Positions 28,437-39,011 of a stretch of 64,000 bases of DNA are shown here, piece after piece. The notes below the pieces were generated by a model. That model was given only the letters and a program-made list of their open reading frames with translations, had not been told where the DNA came from and searched no databases. Each line of letters starts with the position of its first letter. The stretch's first letter is position 1. A program made the translations under genes and the position numbers. Location of the stretch: contig JBDROZ010000084.1 in NCBI GenBank assembly GCA_043809585.1, positions 1 through 64,000 on the forward strand. The letters run 5' to 3'. The stretch comes from Candidatus Eiseniibacteriota bacterium (lineage in GTDB: Bacteria; Orphanbacterota; Orphanbacteria; Orphanbacterales; Orphanbacteraceae).

Positions 28437-31400
28437 ATGAGGCGAATCATCCTGGCCACGGCGATCGCCCTTCTGTTGGCGGGCATCGAGAGCGCCGCCG
28501 CGGAAGAAGTCACTTTCACCTACGTCCCCTTCGAGGGCGAGACGGTGACCGGCGTCTCCCTCCGGGGCACCATGAACGAGTGGGGAGAGACCGCCATGGA
28601 ACGGCGAGAGGACGGCGCCTGGTCGATCACCGTCGATCTGGAGCCGGGCGAGTACCGGTACAAGTTCTTCGTCAACGGGGAGTGGCCGAAGGACATGGAG
28701 GCGGACCACGACGGCGATCCGATCGACGGCGAAGCCGTGAGCTACGCCGACGACGGCCACGGCGGGCAGAACGCGGTCCGCACCGTCGGCGGAGGGGGCG
28801 CGGCGGAAGAGCGGCCGGCCCGGGAGCCCGCCCCCCCCCTCGGGGAGGGGAAGGCCCGCATCCACTACCACCGCCCGGACGGGCGCTACGACGGATGGGG
28901 GCTCCACCTTTGGGAGGACACGCCGGAGCGGGTGGATTGGAACAGTCCCTTTCCCCCGGCCGGCGAGGACCCGTACGGTCTCTATTGGGATTTTCGGCTG
29001 AACGAGGGGGCGCAAAAGGTCGGGTTCATCGTGCACCAGGGGGACCGGAAGGACCCGGGGCCGGACATGTTCCTCTTTCCCGGCGAGCACGGCCGGGAGG
29101 TGTGGCTCGTCTCCGGCGGCCAGGAGATCCAGACGGTGGCGCCGGACGTGGACGCCCTCGCCCTCGGCGACATCGGCCTCGCCCGCGCCCACTGGGTGGC
29201 GGAGGATCTGCTCCTCTGGAAGGGGAGCGGCCGTGACGAAGAGGCGTACCGGCTCCACTGGTCGGCGGACGAGGAGTTCGTCCTCACCCCCGAAGGGGTT
29301 TCCGGCGGATCGAGCATCGTGCTGGGATCGGATCCGGGGAGTGTGGACGAGTCGATCCGGGAGCGCTTTCCCCACCTCGGCCGGAGCGGCGCCCTCCGCG
29401 TCTCCCCGGCGGACCGCGGGAGGATTCCGGAGATCCTGAAGGGCCGGATCGCCCTCTCGGCGACGGGGGCCGACGGGAAGCTCCGGGACGCCACGGGCGT
29501 TCAGATCCCGGGCGTGCTGGACGACCTCTTCTTCACCGACGAGCCCCTCGGCGTCGTGTGGAACGAGGGGGCGCCCTCCCTCCGCCTCTGGGCCCCCACG
29601 GCCCGATCGGTCCGGCTTCATCTCTTCGACGGGTCGGGAGGCGCCGAACCGTTCCGGATCGTCGACATGACCGAATCCCGGGGCGTCTGGGGCGCCGGCG
29701 GCGGGCCGGATTGGAACGGGAAGTACTACCTCTATGAGGTCGAGGTCTTCGCCCCCTCCACGGGGCGCTTCGAACGGAACCTGGTGACCGACCCGTACTC
29801 GCGGGGGCTCGCCATGAACAGCGCGCGGAGCCTGATCGTCGATTTGGATGACCCCGCGCTGAAGCCGGACGGGTGGGATGGCCTGGCGAAGCCTCCCCTC
29901 GACCGCCCGGAAGATATCGTGCTTTACGAACTGCACGTCCGCGACTTCAGCGCCCTCGACGGAACGGTCCCCGAGGGGCACCGGGGCACATTCCTCGCCT
30001 TCACCGGAGTGGGGGCGGGCGTCACGCACCTGAAATCGCTCGCCGAGGCCGGACTCACCCACCTCCACCTCCTCCCCGTCTTCGACATCGCCACCATCGA
30101 CGAAGACCGCTCCCGCCGGGCGGAGCCGGGCGATCTCTCCCGGTTCCCCGCCGATTCGGAGGCGCAGCAGGAGGCGATCGGCGCGGTGAAGGACCGGGAC
30201 GGATTCAACTGGGGATACGACCCGTTCCACTTCGGCGTCCCCGAGGGGAGCTACTCGACGGACCCGGACGGCGGGGCGCGCATCGTCGAATTCCGCCGCA
30301 TGGTTCGGGCCCTCTCGGACATGGGCCTCCGGGTGGTGATGGACGTGGTCTACAACCACACCAACGGAAGCGGCCAGTCGGAGAAATCCGTCTTCGACCG
30401 CATCGTGCCGGGCTACTACCACCGGCTGAACCGGGACGGCCGGGTCGAGACGAGCACCTGCTGCGCCAACACCGCCACCGAACACGCCATGATGGAGCGG
30501 TTCATGGTCGACGACCTCGTCCACTGGGCGCGGGACTACAAGGTCGACGGCTTTCGGTTCGACCTCATGGGCCATCACATGGTGCGGAACATGGAGAAGG
30601 CCCGGGACGCCCTCCGCGCCCTGACGCCGGAGAAGGACGGCGTCGACGGATCCGCGATCTATCTCTACGGGGAAGGGTGGAACTTCGGCGAGGTGGCCGA
30701 CGGCAAGCTCGGCCCGAACGCGACGCAGACGAACATGAGGGGCACGGGGATCGGCACGTTCAACGACCGGATCCGGGACGCCGTCAGGGGGGGGAGCGCT
30801 TTCGGCGATCCCCGGGAGCAGGGGTTCGCGACGGGGCTCTTCTTCGACCCGAACGGCTTCAACCAGGGGGGGGCGGCCGAGAAGGGCCGCCTTCTCGACG
30901 CGTCGGACCGGATCCGGATCGGCCTCGCCGGGAATCTCGCCGACTACCGTTTCCTTTCGCACACGGGGGGCATGACCCGGGGGGCGGACTTCTCCGCCGT
31001 CGGATACGCAGGGCGCCCCTCGGAGACGATCAACTACGTTTCCGCCCACGACAACCAGACCCTCTACGACAAGATCGTATACGCTGCACACTCCTCCTCG
31101 TCCCCGGACGACCTGGTGCGGATGCAGAAGATCGCCCTCGCCGTGGTCGGCCTCGGGCAGGGAATACCCTTCTTCCACGCCGGGTCGGATCTCCTCCGAT
31201 CCAAATCACTCGACGGAGACAGTTACAACTCGGGGGATTGGTTCAACCGGCTCGACTTCACCTACGAGACGAACAACTTCGGCGCCGGCCTCCCGCCGGC
31301 CGAGAAAAACCGGGACCGGTGGCCCCTCATGAAACCGCTCCTCTCCCGGGCAGACCGGAAACCGGGGCGGCGGGCGATCGAAGAGACGGCCGCCCATTTC

Positions 31401-31772
31401 AGGGAGATTCTCCGGATTCGGAGGAGCTCGCCCCTCTTCCGTCTCGATAGCGCCGACGAGGTGCAGCGGCGGGTGCGCTTCCACAACACCGGTCCGGACC
31501 AGATTCCGGGCCTGGTGGCGATGGAGCTCCTGGACGACGGCGAAGCGGGCCCGGCGCTCGGCGGAGACTACCGGCGCATCGTGGTCCTCTTCAACGCCGC
31601 GAAGGGGGCCCGCGCCTTCGCCCGGCCGGTTTGGAAAGAGGGCGCTTTCCGCCTCCATCCGGTGCAGGCTTCCTCGGCCGATCCCGTCCTCGGCGACGCC
31701 CGCTTCGACGCGAAAGAGGGCGCATTCGCCGTGCCCGGCCGGACGGCGGCCGTTTTCGTCGAACCCCGCTGA
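28437..31772 (+). CDS. pulA: Secreted pullulanase-type alpha-1,6-glucosidase (GH13) with CBM48-like and CBM41-like modules
   Basis: FNWGYDP, MDVVYNH, DGFRFDLMG, YGEGWN, YVSAHDN and DSYNSGDWFN. Confidence 0.93.
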   Translation: MRRIILATAIALLLAGIESAAAEEVTFTYVPFEGETVTGVSLRGTMNEWGETAMERREDGAWSITVDLEPGEYRYKFFVNGEWPKDMEADHDGDPIDGEAVSYADDGHGGQNAVRTVGGGGAAEERPAREPAPPLGEGKARIHYHRPDGRYDGWGLHLWEDTPERVDWNSPFPPAGEDPYGLYWDFRLNEGAQKVGFIVHQGDRKDPGPDMFLFPGEHGREVWLVSGGQEIQTVAPDVDALALGDIGLARAHWVAEDLLLWKGSGRDEEAYRLHWSADEEFVLTPEGVSGGSSIVLGSDPGSVDESIRERFPHLGRSGALRVSPADRGRIPEILKGRIALSATGADGKLRDATGVQIPGVLDDLFFTDEPLGVVWNEGAPSLRLWAPTARSVRLHLFDGSGGAEPFRIVDMTESRGVWGAGGGPDWNGKYYLYEVEVFAPSTGRFERNLVTDPYSRGLAMNSARSLIVDLDDPALKPDGWDGLAKPPLDRPEDIVLYELHVRDFSALDGTVPEGHRGTFLAFTGVGAGVTHLKSLAEAGLTHLHLLPVFDIATIDEDRSRRAEPGDLSRFPADSEAQQEAIGAVKDRDGFNWGYDPFHFGVPEGSYSTDPDGGARIVEFRRMVRALSDMGLRVVMDVVYNHTNGSGQSEKSVFDRIVPGYYHRLNRDGRVETSTCCANTATEHAMMERFMVDDLVHWARDYKVDGFRFDLMGHHMVRNMEKARDALRALTPEKDGVDGSAIYLYGEGWNFGEVADGKLGPNATQTNMRGTGIGTFNDRIRDAVRGGSAFGDPREQGFATGLFFDPNGFNQGGAAEKGRLLDASDRIRIGLAGNLADYRFLSHTGGMTRGADFSAVGYAGRPSETINYVSAHDNQTLYDKIVYAAHSSSSPDDLVRMQKIALAVVGLGQGIPFFHAGSDLLRSKSLDGDSYNSGDWFNRLDFTYETNNFGAGLPPAEKNRDRWPLMKPLLSRADRKPGRRAIEETAAHFREILRIRRSSPLFRLDSADEVQRRVRFHNTGPDQIPGLVAMELLDDGEAGPALGGDYRRIVVLFNAAKGARAFARPVWKEGAFRLHPVQASSADPVLGDARFDAKEGAFAVPGRTAAVFVEPR

Positions 31773-31780
31773 TTCTCCCT

Positions 31781-31810
31781 CCGGGTCCGGAGGCCCCCCT
31801 CCGGACCCGG
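31781..31810 (+). terminator. GC-rich hairpin after pulA
   Basis: 13-bp perfect stem CCGGGTCCGGAGG / CCTCCGGACCCGG. No U-tract. Confidence 0.4.
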
Positions 31811-32097
31811 CCCGCCTTCATCGAGGAATCGGAAGAACTCTTCCTCACAGGCCGAGGCCGAACGCTCGGAAGGCCGCGGGTCGCTCGTCTCCGAGAAGGC
31901 GAACGGCACGACGTTCATCGTGCGGCTTCGCCGATCCGCGGCCTGATGACACTTTGACTTTTCCTCCGCTCTCGGATATGAATGGGAGCAGTCCATCCTG
32001 CCGGGGCGAGTCGCCGGAGGGACGGCACGGTCCCGGTTTCTTCCGGTCCGCCCGTCCGGCCGAAACTTCGCGCCGGAAACCGAAAGGAACGGGCGCG

Positions 32098-32934
32098 GTG
32101 CGATCGACGCCTTCCCTCGAACAGCCGGCCGTCTTTCTCCAATCCCATATGGATCGGCCTTGGATCGCTTACGCCGGCGCGGGAGAGATCGTCGCGTTCA
32201 CCACGTCCCGGGACGACCGGAGCGAGTCGAACGAAGACGGCGCCGCCCTCGTGCCGGCCGGCTCGGGCCCGGTGATTCTCGCCGTCGCCGACGGCGCCGG
32301 GGGACTCCCCGGCGGGGGAACGGCCGCACGCATCGCCATCGAGGAAGTCCGCGCCTCCGTGGAGTCTTTCGGCCGCGAGGGGGGCGACCTCAGGAACCAT
32401 CTCCTCAACGCGTTCGAGCAATCGAACGAAGCGCTGCTCGCCCAAGGGATCGGCGCGGCCACCACTCTTCTCGTGGCGGAGATCGACGGCGACACGCTCC
32501 GTCATTACCACGTGGGGGACTCGCAGATTTTCGTCGTCGGACAGCGGGGGAAGAGGAAACTCGAGAGCATCGCCCACTCACCCGTGGGTTACGCGGTCGA
32601 GGCGGGCGTGCTCGACGAGAAGGAGGCTTTGCTTCACGAAGACCGCCACGTGGTCTCGAACTTCGTCGGGACCCGCGACATGCGGCTCGACATCGGGCCG
32701 CCGCTCCGACTCTCGCCGCGGGACACGGTGATTCTCGCCACCGACGGGTTGACGGACAACCTCCCCCCCGACCGGGTCCTCGAAATCGTGCGCAAAGGTC
32801 CGCTGAAGAAGGCCGCCCAGAACCTCGCGTTCGAGTGCCGGCGGCGGATGGGGGGACGCGAGGGACTTCCTTTCAAGCCGGACGATCTCACCTTCGTCCT
32901 CTTCCGCCTTCGCGCCTCCTCCCCGAAGAAATAG
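32098..32934 (+). CDS. PP2C-family Ser/Thr phosphatase
   Basis: NED, AVADGAGG, HVGDS, LATDGLTD and DDLT. GTG start follows GAAAGGA. Confidence 0.88.
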   Translation: MRSTPSLEQPAVFLQSHMDRPWIAYAGAGEIVAFTTSRDDRSESNEDGAALVPAGSGPVILAVADGAGGLPGGGTAARIAIEEVRASVESFGREGGDLRNHLLNAFEQSNEALLAQGIGAATTLLVAEIDGDTLRHYHVGDSQIFVVGQRGKRKLESIAHSPVGYAVEAGVLDEKEALLHEDRHVVSNFVGTRDMRLDIGPPLRLSPRDTVILATDGLTDNLPPDRVLEIVRKGPLKKAAQNLAFECRRRMGGREGLPFKPDDLTFVLFRLRASSPKK

Positions 32935-33004
32935 CGACGGACACCCGATTCCGATCCGGTGGACCGCCCCCGGTCTCGTTTCTCTCTCGAATTCTCGGCG
33001 CGGG

Positions 33005-34330
33005 TCAGTCCAAGAGAACCACCTTCTTCGTCGATACACCATCCTCCGTTTCGAGGCGGAGGAAATAGACGCCGGGACCGGCGGATCGGCCCGCGGTGGA
33101 TGTCCCCGCCCAGAGAACCTCGTGGGACCCGGCGGCGAACGGACCCGATGCGATCCGTTCCACGAGCCTGCCGCCAGGCCCGTGGGCGGTCAGCCGGACG
33201 TTTCCCGGCCGGGGGAGGTCGAAAGCGATCGTGATCGACGGGTTGAACGGGTTGGGCGCGGCCCCGAGGTACGGAGCGGTGCCGAAAATATCTTCGGCCA
33301 CGCCCGTCGGTACGGGCCGGTATCCGTCGATCGTGAGAAGGTAACGGGACCCGCACGGGATGCCGTCGAAGACCTGGGGGGCCACCCAAATCCAGTAGCG
33401 CCCGGGATCGAGAACCCTTTCGATCGTGGCGGGGAGGCAGAACGGGGGCAGGTCATAGTCCACGAGTTCGTATTCCCAGCAATGATCGATCACCTCGATC
33501 AGCATGAGGGAAACGAGAAACTCCGCGTCGCATGTGACGAGAAGGGTACACGGACGCTCGGGATTGATCTCGTACCAATCGGTGTCCCGATAGTCCAAAT
33601 CGTAATAGACGTAGGTCCCGCTCTCTCCGCAGATCAGGACGGGCTCGGGGGAGGGATCGACCATCCAGAACGCCGTCGGGTCCGCGCTGCACCCGGAGTT
33701 GAACTGGTCGTCGTAACCGTCGTAGCAGACCGGTTCCCCCTCCGGAAGGGCCTCCGGCGGGCAGGCGATCGGGCACTCCCACGTGTCGGAGATCCGGAGA
33801 TCGTAGTTCCCGCACTCGTTGCTGTAGGCGTCGATCACGATGTAGTAGACGTGGCCCGGCTCGACATCGAGGAAATCGATGAGGGACCGGTAACCATCCG
33901 CCCCGCACGCGTCATCGTTGCAGGCGTAGGGAGCACCGGGCGTGAACCCGTCCTTGTACACATAGACCTTCGTGTCGTAGGAAGACCGGCAGAGATCGAT
34001 CCGGATCTTCTGATACTCCGTCGGCGTGAGGGCGTAGACCACATCCGGCCCGCTGTAACCGCCGTAGGGGCACATTTCGTCGTAGTCGTGGGCGAAGCCA
34101 CAGGTCGAGCCATAAGTGTCGAAGGGCAGGGCCGGCACGAGAAAGGGCTGCTCGATGGTGTCGCCGATCAGGCGCCGCGCGGGCGGGCCTCCGTAGGTAC
34201 CGGCGGGGGTCTTCTCGGGAAGCACGCGGGCCGCGCCGACGGAGGGTCCGTCCGCCGATTCCGCGGGGCCCGGAACAAGAAGACAGGAAGAAAGAAGAAT
34301 CGGGAGAATGAGCGTCCACAGGCGGTTCAT
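33005..34330 (-). CDS. Secreted Cys-rich protein with PPC-like beta-sandwich domains and FlgD-Ig-like C-terminal domain
   Basis: Signal peptide, DVVY..SSYDTKVYV..ACNDD..YYIVID, and C-terminal PNPFNP..GVYFLRL. Confidence 0.7.
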   Translation of the reverse strand: MNRLWTLILPILLSSCLLVPGPAESADGPSVGAARVLPEKTPAGTYGGPPARRLIGDTIEQPFLVPALPFDTYGSTCGFAHDYDEMCPYGGYSGPDVVYALTPTEYQKIRIDLCRSSYDTKVYVYKDGFTPGAPYACNDDACGADGYRSLIDFLDVEPGHVYYIVIDAYSNECGNYDLRISDTWECPIACPPEALPEGEPVCYDGYDDQFNSGCSADPTAFWMVDPSPEPVLICGESGTYVYYDLDYRDTDWYEINPERPCTLLVTCDAEFLVSLMLIEVIDHCWEYELVDYDLPPFCLPATIERVLDPGRYWIWVAPQVFDGIPCGSRYLLTIDGYRPVPTGVAEDIFGTAPYLGAAPNPFNPSITIAFDLPRPGNVRLTAHGPGGRLVERIASGPFAAGSHEVLWAGTSTAGRSAGPGVYFLRLETEDGVSTKKVVLLD

Positions 34331-34473
34331 GCCACACCTCCGGCCGGGGAAACCATTGGAATGCGGCCGCTCCGAGCAATGCGTCGGGGCGAAAGGAACC
34401 GGAGCACGGTCGCGAAAGAGCCGGATCGAACTACGAGGGCATTGTAGCACACACCTTTTGATTATTCAACGAT

Positions 34474-34800
34474 CTATGGGGCGTCCCCTCCCGTCAGCGC
34501 GGTCCGGAACGGGAAGAGGGCGCCGCTCATGACCCCCTCCGCCACGGCCGGGTCGGCCTCCATGATCCGCTGCGCCTCCCCCGGATCGCCGGTCAGGAGG
34601 ATCACGATGCCGAACCCCGACCCGTCCGTCACGAGGGTCCGGCCCGCGAGACGGACCATCCCCCTCTCCGTGAGATCCTTCAGGTACTCGAAGTGCCTCT
34701 CGATCACTCCCTCTTCCCGCTCCGTGAGCTCCTCGGCCAGCATGCCGGGGCGGACGGGCATGATCCGGTAGATGTGTTCCCTTACTTCCACCTGCATCAT
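34474..34800 (-). CDS. YciI family protein
   Basis: HFEYL, LAGRT and ADPAVAEG..LFPF. Confidence 0.8.
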   Translation of the reverse strand: MMQVEVREHIYRIMPVRPGMLAEELTEREEGVIERHFEYLKDLTERGMVRLAGRTLVTDGSGFGIVILLTGDPGEAQRIMEADPAVAEGVMSGALFPFRTALTGGDAP

Positions 34801-34919
34801 GGCTCCTTTCTCGAGCCGGGCACCGAGGAAATCGTGGGGCTGCCCGGCCGGCTCCTCTTGCTTATATTACCGGAAGACCCCCGGATTCTCGCGCGGTTCT
34901 TTCCATGAGAGGAGAAAGT

Positions 34920-35303
34920 ATGAGTCGAGTGGTGCATTTCGAGATCCACGCGTCGGACCCGGAGAGGGCGGCCCGATTCTATCGCAACATTCTCGGTTGG
35001 AAGATCACCATGTGGGACGGGCCGATGGATTACTGGATGATCGAGACCGGACCGGCCGACGCGCCCGGCATCAACGGGGGTCTGGTGCCCCGCCGGGGTG
35101 AGATCGACGGTCAGGCCGTCATCGCCTATGTCTGCACCGTGGAGTCGAAGGACCTGGACGGAACCGCGGCCGCCATCGAAGAGGAAGGTGGCATGAACGT
35201 CGTCCCCGAGATGCCGATTCCCGGCGTCGGCCGCCTCGCCTACTTCAAGGACACGGAAGGGAACATCTTCGGCGTCCTCCAGCCGGAGGAGAGCGGGGGA
35301 TAA
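34920..35303 (+). CDS. VOC / glyoxalase family protein
   Basis: VVHFEI..FY..GW, GINGGL and YFKDTEGNIFG. Confidence 0.9.
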   Translation: MSRVVHFEIHASDPERAARFYRNILGWKITMWDGPMDYWMIETGPADAPGINGGLVPRRGEIDGQAVIAYVCTVESKDLDGTAAAIEEEGGMNVVPEMPIPGVGRLAYFKDTEGNIFGVLQPEESGG

Positions 35304-35321
35304 CCAAGGACGGGCCCCGCC

Positions 35322-38300
35322 TCATCGAATGAGGACGAGACGGCGCGTTTCCGTCCCCCGCCCGTCCTCGAGGAGCAGGAAGTAGACGCCGGCGGCGACC
35401 GGTTCGCCCGCGCCGCTCCGGCCGTCCCACTCGACGGTCCCCGTCCCTTGGGGGGATTCGAATTCCCGGATCCACCGGCCCGCCACGTCGTAGATCCGGA
35501 TCGCGACCGGACCCGACTCGGGACGGTGGAACCGGATCGACGCGCCCCCCCGCGCCGGGTTCGGAGAAATCCGGAAGAAGGGGGGAAGAGACGGGGTGTC
35601 TTCCTCGGCAACCGTCTTAGCGACACTTCCCTCTTCCCACTCGATGTTCCCGAAGCAGCCGACGCCGTAGGCCCCGATGACGCCGCATGCGGAGTCGGCC
35701 ACGCACGGGGACCCGCGACGGACTTTGAAGTTCCCCGAGGCGGGCCGGCAGAAACGGGGATCGAGGGAGATGTTCCCGTTCGTACCCTCCTGACCGGCGA
35801 CGCAGCCGGTCCAGTCGCCGCCGGCGTTTCCCCAGAGATCGCTGCAGGTGAAGGTCGCCGAGGCGCCCGCTTCGCACTGCACCGCGGCCCCCGCGAGGCC
35901 CGAGGCGATCAGCACGTTCTCCGCCGTGAGCGCCGAGAACCCGTCGAGGAAGAGCATGCCCCCCGGAGCGCTGCAGCCGGCCAGCGTACAGCGATGAAGG
36001 GCCACGGTGGCTCCCGCCGCGTCGATCGCCCCTCCCCGGACCGCCGAGTTCCCGGCGAAGAGACACCGGGTGAACGAGGGGGCGCCCCCGCCCGTGACGG
36101 CGATCGCTCCGCCGACAGATTCCGCGGCACACGCCTCGAACCGGCATTCCTCGAATGTCGGCGATGCGGTGAGATAGGCGGCTCCTCCCTCTTGGGCGGT
36201 TCCATTCCGGACAGTCACCCCTCGCACCTTCGTCTCCGGCCCCTCGCCACCGGTCGCGAGAAACCCCCGGCCCGTCCCTTCGCAGTCGATCACGCACTCT
36301 CCCGGCTCGGAGAGCATGTGGTAGAGCTCGAAGCTCTTCCCCCGGAGATCGATCTCCCGGTTTCCCGGCCCCGTGAAGATGCCCGACCGGAGGCGCACAT
36401 GATCCCCCGGATTCACCGAGTCGATGGCGGCCTGGATGGTCGGCGCGTCGCCGCTCCCGTCGGGCCGGACCACCCAAACTCGAGGGGCGGCAATTCCGCT
36501 TCCCTCCGCTTCGCACGGCCGGGATTCGTCGTCGCCGCCGAAGGCGGTGACCGTGTAGACATGCGCGCCCGTCACCCCCTCGTCGACGTACGACTCCTCG
36601 TTCTCATCCGTCTCGTAGAGCAGTTCGCCGTCCCGCCGGACCCGGAAGCCCTCCTCGTCCTCCGCGTTGTCTTGCCAGATGATCGTGACCGAGACGGTGT
36701 CCCCCTCCGTCGCGTCGCACCCCGTCGGCTGATCGGGCGGAAGCGGCGGCTCCGGTCCTTCGTAGCAGAGCTGCCCCGGATCGTCGAAGACCACCGTCTG
36801 GAACTGGGAGGAAAGATAGGCGATGCCGGGGCCGTCCAGGATCCACTCGATCGCCCCCTCGGCGGCCACCTCGAATCGAAATTCTCCGAGCGGGGCGGGG
36901 GCGAATTGTCCGCCGCCGTCGAAGTTGAAGTTCGTGCTCGTCACAAGCCAGCACCGGTAGTCGGGAAAGGTCTCGACGATCCAGTCGCTCACCTCGAAGG
37001 GGTCCCCGGGATCGGGGCCGTCGACCGTCAGGATCGGCGTGTTCGTCCAACCGGACGGCGTTTCGTAATCCCAGTCGATGAAGGCGAGGCGGTCCTTGTG
37101 GGTGACGCAGAAGGTGCAGCCGAGCGAGAAGATGTAGTCCGGAGTGTCGAAGAAGGGCTCGAAGGCGACCGTGTCCCCCACTTCGTCCGCCGCGTACACG
37201 CGGCCGAGATCGCCGGTCTCGATCTCGCAGTCGAGATCGCCGTCGAAGTCGAGCCCCGCGAAGTGATGGCCGAAAAGACGCGTCCCCGAGTCGGCGCAGG
37301 GCTCCGACTCGCCGGTGTAGTTGTAGGCGACCACTTCGTACAGATAGGTGCCGGGCGAGGGGTAGTCCGAGAGCGAGTGGGCGTTCGCGCCGACCTGGGC
37401 GATCTGCTCCCCGTCCCGATAAACCCGGAAGCCGCTTTGCCAGACGGCGTCGTCCGCCCACGTGATGACCACCCGGGAGACGTACTCGTCCGTCGCGGCG
37501 CACCAGGAGGGGGGGGTCGGCGCCGGCCGGGGCCCGGCGGTTCCCGTCGCCGAACACGAGTCGGATTCGACGCCCTGGGAGTTCAGGGCCGTGATTCCGT
37601 AGACATAAGTCCCCGGCGGGCACTGGTCGACGTAGGTGGTCGCGTCCTCGGGAAGGGTCTGAATGACGAGCCCGTCCCGGCGGATCCGGTACGCCACCTC
37701 GAGATCGGAAACGTCATCCCACTCGAGGAGAACCTGCTCGATCCGGTCGTCGGTGGCGGCGCAGTTCTCGGACGGCGGCGGCACCGGCGCCGCGGTGGAC
37801 GTCCCCGAATCGACGCACGCCTCCGACTCGCCGCCGGCGTTGAACGCGCGCACCGTGTAGAGATGGCTGCCCAGGCCGATCGGATCGTCGAAGCTCTCCG
37901 TGTCCGGACCGGCGGTCCCCACGAGGTACTCCCCCCGCCAGACGCGAAATCCCTCCTCGTTGTCCGATCCGTCCGTCCAGGTGACGACGATCAGGTCGAT
38001 GATCGTGTCGGTCGCCGCGCAGTCGTACGGGGCGCCGGGGGGCGGAGGAGGAAGGAGGGTGCCCGAGTCGGCGCACGCCTCCGACTCGCCGTTCCAGTTG
38101 TATGCCCGGACATCGTACCGGTGGGACCCGATCTCCGGGACGTCGGTCCACGTTTCGACGTCGGGCGGCACCTCGCCGACGAGAAACCCGTTTCGCCGGA
38201 TACGGAATCCCTGCTCGAGAGCCGAGGCATCGTTCCAGGTGACGACGACGACGTCGTCGCGGTCGTCCGTAGCGGCGCATCCTTCGGGGGCTTCCGGCGG

Positions 38301-38912
38301 AAACGCCTCCGGAGGGAGTGAACCGCACACCCGGTCCTCGTCGTTGAAGAGGACCGTTTCGAAGGTGGGGGTCAGATAGGCGATGTTCGCGCCGTCCAGA
38401 ATCCACTCGATCCGCCCCTCCGCGGCGACGATGAATCCGAAGGTCCCGAGGGGGCGCGGAAATCCCTCCATCGGATTCTCGAAGGAGAAGTCCGTGCTCT
38501 GCACGAGCCAGCAGAGGTGGTCGGGATAGAGATACTCGATCCAATCGCTGACGTCGATCGACCGGCCGCCGACCCGGAGATCGGACCGGATGCCGTCATT
38601 GCTGTTCTGGATGTCGATGTCCGTCCACCCCTCCGGTGTGTCGTACTCCCACGAGAGGAACGCGACCTTTCCGCGGTCCTTCACGCAGAAGACGCAGCCG
38701 AAGGCGGCAACCGAGTCGGCGGTGTCGAAGTAGGGCCTGAAGAAGACCGTGTCCCCCACCTCGTCCGCCGTGAACACCCTGCCCATGTCGCCGGCGAGGG
38801 TGTCGCAGAGGAGGTCGTCATCGACATCGAGCCCCGCGAAGGGGAGGCCCGCGGCGGTCGCTGGGAGGAGAAGAACGAGCAGGCAGGACGAGATCCGTCG
38901 GGCGGGGTTCAT
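35322..38912 (-). CDS. Large secreted multidomain protein: 2 unknown domains, 5 FN3-like repeats, parallel beta-helix, FlgD-Ig-like C-terminal domain
   Basis: Five CxAT...W...GFR...Y...C repeats and a duplicated FAGLD domain. PDGSGDAPTIQAAID begins the beta-helix; the C-terminus reads PNP..YDVAGR..WDG..GVYF. Confidence 0.78.
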   Translation of the reverse strand: MNPARRISSCLLVLLLPATAAGLPFAGLDVDDDLLCDTLAGDMGRVFTADEVGDTVFFRPYFDTADSVAAFGCVFCVKDRGKVAFLSWEYDTPEGWTDIDIQNSNDGIRSDLRVGGRSIDVSDWIEYLYPDHLCWLVQSTDFSFENPMEGFPRPLGTFGFIVAAEGRIEWILDGANIAYLTPTFETVLFNDEDRVCGSLPPEAFPPEAPEGCAATDDRDDVVVVTWNDASALEQGFRIRRNGFLVGEVPPDVETWTDVPEIGSHRYDVRAYNWNGESEACADSGTLLPPPPPGAPYDCAATDTIIDLIVVTWTDGSDNEEGFRVWRGEYLVGTAGPDTESFDDPIGLGSHLYTVRAFNAGGESEACVDSGTSTAAPVPPPSENCAATDDRIEQVLLEWDDVSDLEVAYRIRRDGLVIQTLPEDATTYVDQCPPGTYVYGITALNSQGVESDSCSATGTAGPRPAPTPPSWCAATDEYVSRVVITWADDAVWQSGFRVYRDGEQIAQVGANAHSLSDYPSPGTYLYEVVAYNYTGESEPCADSGTRLFGHHFAGLDFDGDLDCEIETGDLGRVYAADEVGDTVAFEPFFDTPDYIFSLGCTFCVTHKDRLAFIDWDYETPSGWTNTPILTVDGPDPGDPFEVSDWIVETFPDYRCWLVTSTNFNFDGGGQFAPAPLGEFRFEVAAEGAIEWILDGPGIAYLSSQFQTVVFDDPGQLCYEGPEPPLPPDQPTGCDATEGDTVSVTIIWQDNAEDEEGFRVRRDGELLYETDENEESYVDEGVTGAHVYTVTAFGGDDESRPCEAEGSGIAAPRVWVVRPDGSGDAPTIQAAIDSVNPGDHVRLRSGIFTGPGNREIDLRGKSFELYHMLSEPGECVIDCEGTGRGFLATGGEGPETKVRGVTVRNGTAQEGGAAYLTASPTFEECRFEACAAESVGGAIAVTGGGAPSFTRCLFAGNSAVRGGAIDAAGATVALHRCTLAGCSAPGGMLFLDGFSALTAENVLIASGLAGAAVQCEAGASATFTCSDLWGNAGGDWTGCVAGQEGTNGNISLDPRFCRPASGNFKVRRGSPCVADSACGVIGAYGVGCFGNIEWEEGSVAKTVAEEDTPSLPPFFRISPNPARGGASIRFHRPESGPVAIRIYDVAGRWIREFESPQGTGTVEWDGRSGAGEPVAAGVYFLLLEDGRGTETRRLVLIR

Positions 38913-39011
38913 GGGGGGTACCTCCCGGCCGGGGAGAGGAGCAAGGCAACGAAGGTTCATAACCAGTATACCACGAACTACATGAGCAGTGAAGGACTAG
39001 GATCGCTCAGG

